Part shown: piece by piece, positions 38,210 through 51,352 of the stretch | Layout: each line of letters begins with the position of its first letter | How positions within the stretch are numbered: the stretch's first letter is position 1 | DNA from: Octopus sinensis | Taxonomy: Eukaryota | Direction: 5' to 3' | DNA: 64,000 bases | NCBI RefSeq assembly: GCF_006345805.1 | Contig: NC_043003.1 | Coordinates: forward strand, 49,600,001-49,664,000 | Translations under genes and position numbers: made by a program | Notes under the pieces: generated by a model | Seen by the model: the letters and a program-made list of their open reading frames with translations, nothing else | The model's database searches: none | Told to the model about the DNA's origin: nothing

Positions 38210-39000
38210 CACCATCGTATAAAATCAAAACAGTCCAAAGAAAGATACTAAAAGAACTAAAAAATATTCTGGTTGGGAGAAGTTCTCCACCATTATTAAT
38301 TCAGAATAGAATAGAAAGCAAAAAGAAGATTGATATCAGTGACTGAAGGAATGCAAACACCAAAACAGAAAGAGAAGCTTACTGTTCATCTCAAGACATA
38401 ACCCTTTGGAAAGTGAGGCCTTGTAATAAAACAAAATTTACCCTTGTTAAAACAGGATTCTAAAATGAGGGAAAATAAAAAAGAATGATATAGTTAAAAG
38501 TAGAAAATAGCCACATTCAGGAATGAAACTTTTAATAAGTGCCCAATTGCTTACCAACATTGTACAAATCCCAAAAGTTAAAAACTGTAGAACATTGAAT
38601 TCTGTAATTTGTATTGCTATAAACAAAGTCTTTGAGTTCCACTTCAAAAATGGATAAATTTTAAAATAAAAAATAACTTTATACAATGCCTATTAAAAAA
38701 TGCAATTTATGTTATTTTATGTTGTGAATGTGGTGAGAATTATATTGGTCAAACAGGCACGTAACTCAGAAAATGGATGATAATTCACTGACATCAAATA
38801 CATGATCAGAACACTAGAAAATTCAACCCAGCGAGCATCTAAATAGAGATGCAGGAATCTGGCAATGAGAATGTAAACTTAGGCTGTTATATCCATGTGA
38901 AGGAAATATGATAGAATGACAAAAAAATCAATAAAGAAAATTTTTATATTTTAAAAAGTAAACCAATTACTGATACTTATTCTTAATTCATTTATCAGTA
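38210..39000 (+). pseudogene. Penelope-like element RT-linker/GIY-YIG endonuclease remnant
   Basis: NAIYVILCCECGENYIGQTGT*LRKWMIIH*HQI at 38699-38800 (GIY-YIG pattern with stops); upstream FISRHNP linker; 3' end 38813-39000 directly repeated at 37589-37777. Confidence 0.8.
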
Positions 39001-39638
39001 TGAATAAAATATATTTTTTCCCCATCTTTTGATTGGTTAAAGTACAATGTTTAGCTCAGCTGACATATATAATATTCCTTTCAACTATACAAGACCTGGA
39101 ATTTGTGGGAAGTGGGATAGTCAATTTACATCTCAATAAAATAATTATTCAACTTGTACTTCTTTTATTGGCCCTGAATGGGTAAAAGGCAAACTTGACC
39201 TTGGCAGAATTTGAACTCAGAATGTAAATTTTAATGAAATACCACTAAGCATTTTATGCAGTGTGCTAATGATTCTGCAAGTTCATAGATCAATGTATAT
39301 AATATCACCTCCCATCTTACTTAGTGGTTCTATAACAAGTTTAGTTCCAGTGCACGTTATGTATTAAATGAAGTTAGTAGCCAGCAATTAAAATTGTACA
39401 TTACAATGTAAAATGAAACTCGTTTGGAATTATGTACTTGGAATATTTATGTATTGTTATAATTATGTGCTCTGGAGTGTTTAATGTATTTTGAAATGAT
39501 TTGAGTGTGAAAATGTATTATGGAATATTATAATCTTGAAATGATTTGATTGTAGTAATAAAGTTTTAATGTACTTTGGAATTAATTAACTCCAATATGT
39601 AGAGAAGAGAGCATTGTCTTATATATATATATATATAT

Positions 39639-39779
39639 AGGAAGGGCATCCAGCTGTAGAAACACTGCCAGATCTGACTGGCCTGGTGCAGCCTTCGGGC
39701 TCCCCAGACCCCAGTTGAACCGTCCAACCCATGCTAGCATGGAAAACGGACGCTAAATGATGATGATGATGATGATGAT
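39639..39779 (+). mobile_element. Very short young RTE 3' end in (TA)n
   Basis: Nearly identical to 55326-55457. Confidence 0.85.
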
Positions 39780-40579
39780 ATGTATGTATGTATGTATATA
39801 TATACACATATATAAAGATATGCATGTATGTATGTATGTATGTATAAAATGATTGGAAATGTTATATCAATAACCCGTTCATGATTAGAAAATTGTCCAA
39901 AATGCAAACAAATATCGTTGTAATTCCCAGTTCCCATTTTGCATCTCTTGGGCACCTGAAAACCATTCTAGATTGGCTTTCTAGGTTTTGGTGTGTGTTG
40001 AGTGGGAAAAGGAAGGGGGGGGGCTGTACTTGTAGCACCTATGACTGATGATATCAATATGGTTGCTGTTCAACAGGAATTTCTGCTTGATGATGCTCGC
40101 AGGAAAAACATAGGCAACACTGATGTTCTTGGTGGATTTTTTAATTCTGGAAATAAAAGAATATCATAAACGTTTGTCTTGGGGGTGGCAAGGCAGACTA
40201 AGTTAGTTTGGATGATGGTGATTTGCAACTCACTGTCTTCCAAGACATGCTATAAGTTATGCAATGTTAATCCCAAATCAAATATAGTAATTGCAGAAAT
40301 AGTAGTTGTCATGGGATCAAATCAGATACAATTATTACACAACTCAAGAAAACATTATTGAACTCAGTGCCCTCTAAGCATTAACAACTTGCAACTCAAT
40401 GAAGGCCTCTTAACACTAGACCTCACTGCTGTTGTGGATCTCTCCTGACAAAGATTGTATCACAACATCTTCAACACAAAGATTGTATCACAATGACTGG
40501 TCTAACTCTTCATAGACTGAAAATATTTCAACCTTTAACTACGATTAAATCTCAATTAATTCTGAAGAAACAAACAATG

Positions 40580-40800
40580 GAGTATTGCTTCTACATTTGA
40601 AACGGTGCTGCTGCTACACATAGAAACATCTTAGACCACATCCTCTTAAAGGCCTCTGGACAGATAAGTATGAAATTACTCACCAACATGCACCAACCAT
40701 TGTGGTCCACAGGCATGATGTGTCCTCTCTCTGATAATTCTACTGGTACTACAATTGCCTCTGCACTTCAGATGTAGTTGCTGGCCTTTTGCCTCCAGTC
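40580..40800 (+). pseudogene. L2/CR1-group LINE ORF2 C-terminal remnant
   Basis: EYCFYI*NGAAATHRNILD...HRHDVSSL**FYWYYNCLC resembles the EYCSxxW..A....LD..Q / HRR.V..L..FY.YY pattern. Confidence 0.55.
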
Positions 40801-40934
40801 AGATACTCTCCACTCCTTTGTTTCCCTTTCTCTTATAATCACACATTGAGTTCACTCCATCTGGCACTAACCAGTATACTCATGGTTGTGGTCATTTGTA
40901 CAACAGTGTAATAGTGGTGGAGCAGGAAGCTAGT

Positions 40935-41410
40935 AATAATCATTTCAAATTTTGGCCCAAGGTCAGCAGCTTTTGGGGAGGGAGTAAATCAATTACATCA
41001 ACCCCCAGGACTCAACTGGTACTTAGTTAATCAATTCTGCAAGAATGAAAGGTAAAGTGAACCTCAGCAGGAATTGAAGTCAGACTGTAAAGACAGAATA
41101 AAATGCTGCTAAGCATTTTCTCTGGCATACTAACTATTCTTATTTCTTTATTTCCCACAAGGGGCTAAACATAGAAGGGACAAACAAGGACAGACAAAGG
41201 GATTAAGTCAATTACATCGACACCAGTACGTAACTGGTATTTAATCTATCGACCCCAAAAGGATGAAAGGCAAAGTCGACCTCGGTGGAATTTGAACTCA
41301 GAATGTAACGGCAGACAAAATACCACTAAGCATTTCACCTGGCATTCCAACGATTTTGCCAGTTCGCCGCCTTCAATACTGCATACTAACTATTCTGTCG
41401 GCTCACCATC
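40935..41410 (-). mobile_element. SINE group C nested in another group C copy
   Basis: Inner copy ~41141-41380 flanked by a 16-bp TSD gcatactaactattct (41125-41140, 41381-41396). Confidence 0.8.
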
Positions 41411-42207
41411 AGGGAAGTCAGTAACAATGGTAATGATCATTATGGGTGTTATTGTCGTTTAGCTCCTGGCCAACACTGGTCAAGCAGACTTCTGGTCAAG
41501 CAGACTTCTGGTCAAAGAAGTTTCAGCTGTGACCATCCTAATGCTTCTTTGTTCCTTTGTCTCCTGTAAGTGTTGACCTGCAACTCTTCATGAACAACAT
41601 AAACCATACTAGTCCCGTTAGCTCCAAAGGGCCTAGAAAGGCCTTGAGCATGGCTCCTTCTTCCAACCTAAATCAATAAAGGTGGGTTTCTCAACTGTGA
41701 CCACCCTGTCTCATTCATTTCAGGTATTATATATCCAAAATAGCTTTATCCTATACTTCCTTCCTATTTTAAGACATTACGGAATTTAGTTACTATTACT
41801 AATATACCAAGTGACCTTTCAGAAGAGTTTCTCTTCATAGGTTATTAATGTGTGTGTGTGTGTGTGTGTATTCTTGTTTGTGTGTGTGTTTGCCTGTGTG
41901 TCAGTTTGCAAGTATGCGTTTGCATGTGTGTGTGTTTACCTGTGTGTGCAATGAAAGTGGAGGGTATGCACAAAGAAACTAACGTCCTGGTGATAATACA
42001 AGTCATCAACATCTTCATGGCTGGACGCCCTTCCTAATGCCAACCACTTCACAGAGTGTATTGGATGCTTTTTACATGGCACCATCACCAGTGCTTCTTA
42101 CAAGGCACCAGCACCAATGCACTTTCTGTGGCATCGGTACTCACACCAATGGTTTCTATGTGGCCCCTTGGTTTTAGAATGTCAATTTTAATATATAGTG
42201 ATGACAG

Positions 42208-42635
42208 AGGCGGCAAGCTGGCAGAAATGTTAGCATGCTGGGTGAAATGCTTAGCAGTAGTTCATCTGTCTTTACATTCTGAGTTCAAATTCCGCCAAGG
42301 TTGACTTTGCCTTTCATCCTTTCGGGGTCAATAAATTAAGTACCAATTATGCACTGGGGTCATTGTAATCGACTAAATCCCTTTGTTTGTCCTTGTTTGT
42401 CCCCTCTATGTTTAGCCCCTTGTGGGCAATAAAGAAATAAGAGACGTTAGCATGCCGGGCGAAATGCTTAGCAGTAGTTCATCTGTCTTTACATTCTGAG
42501 TTCAAATTCTGCCAAGATCGACTTTGCCTTTCATCCTTTCAGGGTTGATAAATTAAGTATCAGTTGCGTACTGAGGTCGATCTAATCAAGTGGCTCCCTC
42601 CTCCAAAATTTCGGGCCTTTGCCTAGAGCAGAAAA
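42208..42635 (+). mobile_element. Two tandem SINE group C copies
   Basis: Heads at ~42208 and ~42441, with different 3' tails. Confidence 0.8.
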
Positions 42636-42689
42636 AAATATATAGTGATGATAGATAACATGGTTAAACCATTACATAGTTATAGATTT

Positions 42690-43490
42690 ATTAGTATTGT
42701 TAGTAGTAGTAGTGGTGATGGTCATAACGGTGGTAGGAGCAGTAGAGGTTTGTATTAATGGTGATGGTCATTATCAGTGTTATTGCTGTTTAGCCTGGGT
42801 ATCAACATCGATCAAACAAATCTATGATCAAAGGCATTCCAGTCATGACCTCCTTATCTTTTCTTCTTTATGTGCAACGAACCTCAGATATTCCTTAAAA
42901 AAAGTAAGAAAAAATGATAGGGGCTATTTTGAAGGAGATTTGGCTGCTATTTCTAGAAGAGCCAATGTGCACATATCAACTTCCACATTGGCTTGAGTCA
43001 AAATGGTAATAGTATTCATAGTTATCATGGATATCACAATAGTAGTAGTAGTCGTAGTAGTATTGGTGGTTGTGGTGGTGGTGTGGCTGTGGTGGTGGAA
43101 ATCATCATTCTGGGAATGGACAGTAATAATATATAGGGTTGGTGAGGGTATGTCTTGTAGGGGTTGATGGTAAATAATTATATAAAACCCTGGTGGTGTT
43201 GCTGGTGAGAAAATGGTAGGTAGGTAGGTAGGTAGGTAGGTAGGTAGTGCTATGCTGTCATGGTGACGGTGAAGGTGGTGGATTCTAATAATGGTTGTAG
43301 TTGTAACAATCATATTAATGGTGAAGGCCAGAGTAATTTTTAACAGTACTGCTGGTGGTTGTGGTGGTGGTGTGGTGGTGGTGGCGGCAGTGGTGTTGGA
43401 GATGGAGATTAGGAGCGATAGCGATGGTCAGAGCGGTATTATTAATGATACAGTAGTGGTTGTGGCGATGGCAGGGGGGGGGGTTGTTGC
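42690..43490. repeat. GGT/GTA-rich low-complexity region
   Basis: Direct reading. Confidence 0.8.
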
Positions 43491-43574
43491 AGCTTCATAA
43501 AACTGAGGGATGTAGTGAAGGAGGTAACAACAAATACACATACATACATATATATATATATATGTATGTGTGTG

Positions 43575-43611
<37 letters not shown>

Positions 43612-43792
43612 TAAAAGAGAAAGAAATATCTACTAAAACCTAGCCTCTCGGCTCTCACTATCATATGATATTATCTTATTGATTTTGTTGTTTACTCACT
43701 ATCTCACTATCATGTGCTTTTTTTATTGTGTGTGTGTGTGTATTACATACATATACATACATAAATACATATATATATATATATATATATAG

Positions 43793-43826
<34 letters not shown>

Positions 43827-43832
43827 ATATAA

Positions 43833-43868
<36 letters not shown>

Positions 43869-44295
43869 ACATATATATATGTATATACATTTGTATCCTA
43901 TATATATTCTATCTATGCGTTCTGTATATATTTACATATGTACTTTTCTGTGTATGTGTGTGTAATTTTCTCCGTGAGTATACGTGTATCTTTTGCTGTG
44001 TAGATATCTGCATCTGTATGTATACAGCAGGCGTTTATAGATTAATAATATTGGACCTCTGGATATACACATAAATGACACAAAAGATATAAAGCATTTT
44101 TACTCTGAAAGTTGGGTTCCAGTAGGGACTTAGAGATTTTGGCTTAAACAAAAACGAAGAGCAGATCTATCTAGGTATACATCAATGCATGTACATGCAT
44201 ACATATGTATGTACATGCACACATGCTTACAAAACATATATACATACGCGTATTTTGGAATGGATGTGTGTGTGTGTGGGCATATATATATATAT

Positions 44296-44367
44296 ATTTG
44301 AGAGGGTATGTATATATATGTGTATATATATATATATATACACATATATATACATACCCTCTCAAAT
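44296..44367. repeat. Perfect 72-bp palindrome with no spacer
   Basis: atttgagagggtatgtatatatatgtgtatatatat followed by its exact reverse complement. Confidence 0.9.
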
Positions 44368-44656
44368 TCAAATTTACTCTCATACACAGATGCATACACA
44401 CACACACCAAGTTCATGTATACTCGCATACACACACATATACACGTGTGAACATACACACATACACATACGTATGTAAATAAAAACATATATATGTGTGT
44501 ATATATATATATATTATATGTATGTATATTTATACATACAGAACACATACATGCATGCATACATATACACAGCTACATATGCAGACACATACGCAAATAA
44601 TTTTTATGGCCAAAATTTATATAGCTGTTTCGTAGAAAAAGTAATTTAACATTAGC

Positions 44657-44693
<37 letters not shown>

Positions 44694-45540
44694 GTAATAA
44701 AAATAACAATAATAGTAAGGATGATGAGGAGGAGGATGATGACAACAACAACAACAATAATAATAATAATAATAATAATGAAAATAATCATAATTTCAGT
44801 TGAACAGCATTATCTTATTTGTGATGGATGATTAGGTTGTTAATTCCTACTATAGTCTGCTTTGGGAGCAAGATGTTGTTAGGTGGTTCGTTAATTGCTT
44901 TTTTTAACGTTAGATTTTAGTTGTAGATTTTTTTTATGGAGATTATTTTTATTTCCTTCATTTCACAAGTTTTAATATTATTCACTGGAAGAATTCTGCT
45001 AAGGTCAACTTTGCCTTTCATCCTTTCAGGGGTCAATAAAATAAGTACCAGTTGAGCACTGGGGGGTCAATGTAATTGACTAACCCCCTCCTCTGAAATT
45101 TCTGGCCTTGTGCTAGAATTTGAAACCAATATTATCCACTGGAAGTACTTAAGAGCTTCAATCATGCAAAGCCTACATTCTCTTCTGTTATATGCAAAGG
45201 CTATATATGCAAAAGCTGAGGTTATAATACTTTAGTGCAGTTTGAAATTGGTACCACTGGACTTTAAGTTCCATATGTATTGTGCCAGTCATATCGTATT
45301 GCTTAGCTTTTTTGTTTGCAAATGTATGTTTGTGTACATTATAACTTTTCTTAAAAGTGTTTGATGTGGAAATGATATATTACCTATAACTGGCTTGAGT
45401 AATGTGTGTGTATCTATATGTGCACATATATTTATGTATATATATATAAATATTTATACATGTGTGTGTATATAAATACAGAGTATGAGTATATGTACTC
45501 TGTATTTATATACACACACATATATAAATATTTATACATA

Positions 45541-45860
45541 TATTAGCAGTTGGGAAGCAATTGCCAGCAACCGTGGAGATTGGCGACATACCGTAAAAGA
45601 GGGAATACAAAGGAGTGACAGAGAGAGAGAGAGGAGAAATGGAAAGACAAGAAAAGACGTCAACAAGAAACTATGACATTACAACCAGCCAGGAACAGTC
45701 TTCGTTACATTTGCGGTACCTGCCAGAGGGAGAGTTTGTCCAGGATAGGACTACACAGCCACAGCAGGAAATGTATCAGGACATGAAATGTAAAAGCCGG
45801 ACTGGACTATTTTATGCGCAACTCCATTGTCTCCCGAGACAAAAAGGATGCCAACAATGA
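45541..45860 (+). mobile_element. RTE-BovB-type LINE 3' end with C-terminal zinc finger
   Basis: SWEAIASNRGDWRHTVKEG, frameshift in (GA)n, then YICGTCQRESLSRIGLHSHSRKC*; tail ccattgtctcccgagacaaaaaggatgccaac. Confidence 0.75.
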
Positions 45861-46223
45861 GTGTATGTAAGGGCATGAAATTTAATGATTAGGGTGCTAG
45901 GTTTATGGTTATATTCCGAGGACAGATGGTATACTGTGCCCTTAAGTAAGGTACTTTGTTTCACATTATTCCACTGTACTCATGTGAAAATGAGTACCAG
46001 CCTAGTGCTGATGCAGACCTTTCTTACAGCAGCTATCATGTCCATAACATTACAGTGGATCAAGTGCCTGGAGTGTATCTATGTCTGCTCATGACTATAT
46101 TGTGATCTAAAATAATTTCCAACGATCTTGCTACATACTTGCAGATCATTCTTACTGGCAAGTGACTACTATTGTTTATATATTTGTGAGTATATGTGTA
46201 AATATGTATCCATCCATATATTT

Positions 46224-47181
46224 ATCATCATCATCATCATCCTTTAACGTCCGTTTTCCATGCTGGTATTTAACTGAGGTCTGGATAGCCAGTGGCTGCA
46301 CCAGGCTCCAGTCTGATCTGGTAATGTTTCTACAGCTAGATGCCCTTCCTAACACCAACCACTCTGAGAGTGCAGTGGGTGCTTTTTACATGCCACCAGC
46401 ACAGGTGCCAGTCAGGTGGACCTGGCATCGATCATGTTCGGATAGTGCTTTTTACATGACACTGACATGGAAGCTAGTCAGGGGCTCTGTCATCAGCCAT
46501 ATTTGGATGGTACATTTTATGAGCCATTGGCACAAGAGCCAGTCAGGAGGTACTGGCATTGACCACGTTTGGTTGGTGCTTTTTATATTCCACCTGCCCG
46601 GGAGCCAATCAGACAGACCTGGCATTGATCATTTTCGGATGGTGCTTTTACATGCCACCGGCATGGGAGCAAGTTAAAGGGAACTAGCCACAACTATGAT
46701 ATTGGTTTTACTTGACTCAACAGGTCTTCTCAAGCATATCATATCACCTGACACATCAGGGGGTATTCTTAACAGGGCAGACATGCATGACTGTGATCTC
46801 ACTTTAGTTGCCGGATCTTCTCAATCACAGCATATCTCCAAACACCACAGTCTCCCGTCATTTCCTCTGTGAGGTCCAATGTTCAAAGGTCATGCTTCAC
46901 CACCCCCATCCCATGTCTTCATGGGTCTACCTTTACCACAGGTTCCTTCTCCAGTTAGGGAGAGGCATTTCTTCACACATCAGTCTTCATTCATACATAA
47001 CACATGACCACACCAGTGCAGTCGCTTCTCTTGCACATCACATTTGATGCTCCTTATGCCCAGCTTTTCTCTCAGGGCACTGACACTCTGTCATGTATGC
47101 ACACTGACATTACACATCCAGCGGAACATACTAGCTTCATTTCTTTCAAGCCTACACATATCCTCAGCATTCATGACCCAG
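46224..47181 (-). mobile_element. Older 5'-truncated RTE LINE (decayed ORF2 end plus 3'UTR)
   Basis: ...RLERNEASMFRWMCNVS..LREKLGIRSIKCDVQEKRLHWCGHV.. with stops; same family as 14263-15117. Confidence 0.8.
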
Positions 47182-47259
47182 GTATTTATATATATGTATA
47201 AATATATATATGCATGTTTATTATATATCGGTGTGTACATATATATGTACATGAGTGTG

Positions 47260-47578
47260 TATGTGACAATTAGTTGGTTGTCATAATAAAATTCAGAGTT
47301 TTAGATGCTGGGGCTGAAGTCTGCTCCAGCATCTCATCAGTTATTAAGACAAAAATGCTATGAAAAACCGTTGAATAAAGGGAAATTACTCCAATAGGCG
47401 TGGGGAAAGTAAAACTTCATTCATTTCCCCACACCTATTGGAGTAATTTCCTTTTATTCAACGTTCTTTTTCATAGCATTTTTGTTTGTCTTAATAACTG
47501 ATGAGATGCCAGAGCAGACTTCAGCCCTAGCATCCGAAACTCTGAGTTTTATTATGGTTACCAACTAATTGTCACATA
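47260..47578. repeat. Fold-back, arms ~150 bp, spacer 15 bp, arms carry a hammerhead-like motif
   Basis: tatgtgacaattagttgg...gtggggaaa vs tttccccacac...ccaactaattgtcacata. Confidence 0.9.
47492..47553 (+). ncRNA. Type I hammerhead ribozyme-like motif
   Basis: UAAUAA-CUGAUGA-GAUGC-loop-GCAUC-C-GAAACUC-U-GAGU-U-UUAUUA: stem I 6 bp, stem II 5 bp, stem III 4 bp with a 1-nt loop, GUU site. Confidence 0.6.
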
Positions 47579-47595
47579 TTATATTTATAGATAAA

Positions 47596-47894
47596 CTAGC
47601 ACTATGACCTGGCAATGTCCAAATCTCCGACCAATCACATACAGCTAGCTGGCATTCAATTGGCGTATCAAGTTTTGGGCATTTTGATTGGGTTTTGGAT
47701 AGAAAATTCACAAAAAAGTACTTCTATTGATTTTTTAATGGCTTTGTTGAGTGACTGGGGAAATGTAAAAATATGCATGACCACCCTTGGACGGTTTTGA
47801 ATGACCATAGAAAGCGCAAGCCCTCTAACTGAAAAATTGTGGATTTTTATAAAGGACACACACACAGACATTTTGCCGTTTATATATATAGAGA
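47596..47894 (-). mobile_element. Non-autonomous Helitron-like element (0.3 kb)
   Basis: 5' TC(tc)tatatatataaacggcaaaatgtctgtgtg and 3' CTAG with a degenerate hairpin; 5' end resembles 5203-6366. Confidence 0.6.
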
Positions 47895-48558
47895 TTCCTC
47901 TATTTACATAATATCGAGGTCTCATTCATTCTTTAGTTGTCATGTTATTATTATTAATATATATATATATATATATATAGTAGAATAATAAAAAGAAGCT
48001 TCATGGTCCAGTATTATATCTATTTGAAAAAAGGAGTAGTGATGGCTTTTTGTGGGGGAGGGGATAATTTTTATTTTAATCTTAATAATAATAATGTTTA
48101 CAGTGAGTTACTCTGATATGAGTTTCAAGCTTCAAATAGCCCTTTTCAATCTGAAAAATGTATGTTTTACTGGTTGTTTAAATAGCAAAAAATTTTTCTT
48201 ACAAGTATACATACAAAAAAATACACAAAACGGTGGGAAAATATGAAAACATAATTACATATATAAAAATACAAAAGCACGTCTGAAGAAGAAGAAGAAG
48301 AAGAAGAAGAAGAAGAAATCAATAAAATAAAGAAAAAAGAAAAATAAACATAAATAAAAATAAAGATACGAATAAATAAAAATAAAGATAAGAATAAAGA
48401 TAAAACTAATAGTAATTGTGAACAGTGGGGAATCATTTGGAATGGTCACTATAGCTGTGTTCTGGTCAAAGGATAACCTGTGTAGTGCCTATTGATTTGA
48501 GGCCACCTATTCAGTTCTCACAGGTGGTATGGTGTACATAGCCATAATTTAGTCATGA

Positions 48559-48655
<97 letters not shown>

Positions 48656-48950
48656 TAATTGTATGCTGAAAGAAGACACCCAAAGTCTACTTTCCCCCCT
48701 TTCAACCTATATATATATATATATGTGTGTGTGTGTGGAGTGAATACTTGAATTGGTTGGATGTATTTGGTCTCTACTTTCAGCATATAGGTATGATAGC
48801 TTCTGTACCCTCAAGTATAATTGTATCTCTGTATATGTACCCTCAAGTATAATTATATCTCTGTATATGTATTTTATCTAAAAGAATTTTTAATATGCTG
48901 GCCACCGATAAAATTTATTAATTTTAATGACTTTATCCTGTAATTATGTT

Positions 48951-48997
<47 letters not shown>

Positions 48998-50089
48998 CTA
49001 GCAGTATAACCCGGCCTTGCCCAGGATTAAGTTATGAGTATTAAGCTAATGATGTTCTTTATTTCAAACCAAACTTGTTAAATTTGTAGATTAACACTCA
49101 CACAATTTTCACTAAGAAAAAAATCGTTTTTTTTTTTGCATGGAAGCAAATACTCTGGCCTCCTAATATGCTACAAACCCCTTTTTGTTGTCTGTGAAAT
49201 GGAATGGAGTGTGGTGGAAGCCTTGGAAATTGTACCCATTTATATTGTGTAATTCACTGACAAACTGTTACCTACCTCTTTGTTGTTAAACAATTTTTTT
49301 ACTCGGCATAAAATTTAAAAAAACTCTTTCGCACCCAAAGTAATGTGTGTGTGAGATAGAGATGGGGGGGGGGGAGAAAGATGACTGATTTAAAATAAAT
49401 ATATTGTAATTGTTGTGTGAGAAAGTATATATACTATGATTATAAAATATAGTGTCTTTCAAAAACATCCTAAATTTTAACACTATATCTCATGTTTAAG
49501 AAAAAACAAAACATTTTGCATTTTATTTTTATGAACGGCGTCACTTACTCTCTCTCTCCCTCCTCTCTCTCTCTCTCTCACTTTATCTTTCCCTTTTTTT
49601 TTGTTTAGACGCTGTGAAACTCTCTGCCTCTCTTCCACTTTTCTTTACCTTTTTGTTTGATGCTCTCAAACTATCTGCCACTCTTCCTTACACATACTTT
49701 TTCTTTACTATTTTTGTTAGATGTTGCAAAACATTCTCTCTCTCCCTCACACACACACACACATACATCAACACACAACTTCTCTCTCTCCCTCACACAC
49801 ACACTTTCGCTTGGCTATGGCTAGAAGGGACTTAACTCATGATAGCAGCTTTCAAAATAGGTAAAAGCTATGGCTGAAAATAGATTTTTATTGCTAAAAG
49901 CTATGGCTGAAAATAGATTTTTACCGCTATCCACAAGTGCCTTGGGAAAAAATAAGTTGACAAAACCCAGATAGGATGTTGACGAATGTCCTCCTAAAAT
50001 TGGAGCGACATGCGTGCTAATTTGTGGACGTGCATAAATTACAATCACGTACACACACACACACACATCATGCCTTTTATAGATACAGA
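48998..50089 (-). mobile_element. Non-autonomous Helitron-like element (1.09 kb)
   Basis: 3' cctgggcaaggccgggttatactgCTAG and 5' TC start; internal 33-bp tandem duplication near 49863-49925. Confidence 0.65.
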
Positions 50090-50119
50090 TTAAATTTTGG
50101 CTGGGTGAATACAGTTTAC

Positions 50120-50590
50120 TCAAAATAGCCACCTTTAGCTTCTACCATGTTTTCAGACAGCTACAGAATCTGGTACATGTGTTTTGTGTCCCTGAGAAGA
50201 TCTTTGAACACCTTCTGGATCTTGGCCACCAGCTTGGTCTTGGTGTTGTAGACAGTGTAGTTGGTGTCTTTCTCAACTGCATCCAACACATAATAATCCA
50301 TGGGATTACAACTGAGGGAATTAGGAGGCCAGAAAATGGGGATGGTGAAGTGGAAATTCTCCAACAACCACTTCTGATCTTTTTGGATGTATGGCAAGGG
50401 GCCGGATCCTGCTGCCACATATATGGCTTTCCAGTAGTTAAACCTCTCCAGCCACGTTTTGACTACAGTCTCCAGCAGCTTCACATGGCCATCTGAATTG
50501 AGTCAAAGGCCCTTTTCAAAAATGTAGTGTGGCATGATGTCACCCAAACACCATCACTATTTGGGGAAACTTGGTTTTCATGATGTCCAT
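50120..50590 (-). pseudogene. Tc1/mariner (probably maT/DD37D-like) transposase remnant
   Basis: WQQDPAPCHTSKK and WPPNSLSCNPMDYYVLDAVEK in two frames (second D and SPDxNPxDY motifs). Confidence 0.8.
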
Positions 50591-50939
50591 ATCCTGTCCT
50601 AGAGTCTTTACACAGTTCACAGAGCATTAAGCAGCAGTCATGATGTCGGCATTTTGACGCCTGGTGCTAATCATCATGACACAAGTAACACTTTTCCAAT
50701 ATTCAGATGGCTTCCAGTCTTCCATGAGAGCTAACATTTTCTCAACTACAACATTAATATTTATGCTCTCCAGTACTGTTGAATGTTCACATATATCAAG
50801 GTGTTCCTGAAGAAAAAAGGAGACATAAAAGATGGTTAAATTTAGCCCGAACAACCTGTATACACACACACACACGGACGTTAGATGATGATGATGTATA
50901 TATGATATATATATATATATTTATATAAAGTATATATAG

Positions 50940-51322
50940 GTGCAGGAGTGGCTGTGTTGTAAGTTCTGAGTTCAGTCCCACTGTGTGGTACTTTGGGCAA
51001 GTGTCTTCTACTATAGCCTCAGGCCGACTAAAGCCTTGTGAGTAGCTTTGGTAGACGAAAACTGAAAGAAGCCTGTCATATATATGTATATGTATATATG
51101 TGTGTGTATGTATGTTTTTGTGTCTGTGTTTGTCCCCCCTCCCAACATCGCTTGAGAACCAATGCCAGTGTGTTTACGTCCCTGTAACTTAGCGGTTTGG
51201 CAAAAGACACCGATAGAATAAGTACTAGGTTTACAAAGAATAAGTCCAAGGGTCGATTTGCTTGACTAAAGGCAGTGCTCCAGTATGGCCACAGTCAAAT
51301 GACTGAAACAAGTAAAAGAAAA
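50940..51322 (+). mobile_element. SINE group A, full length
   Basis: Homology to the other copies. Confidence 0.85.
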
Positions 51323-51352
51323 AAGATATATATATATATATACACACACACA

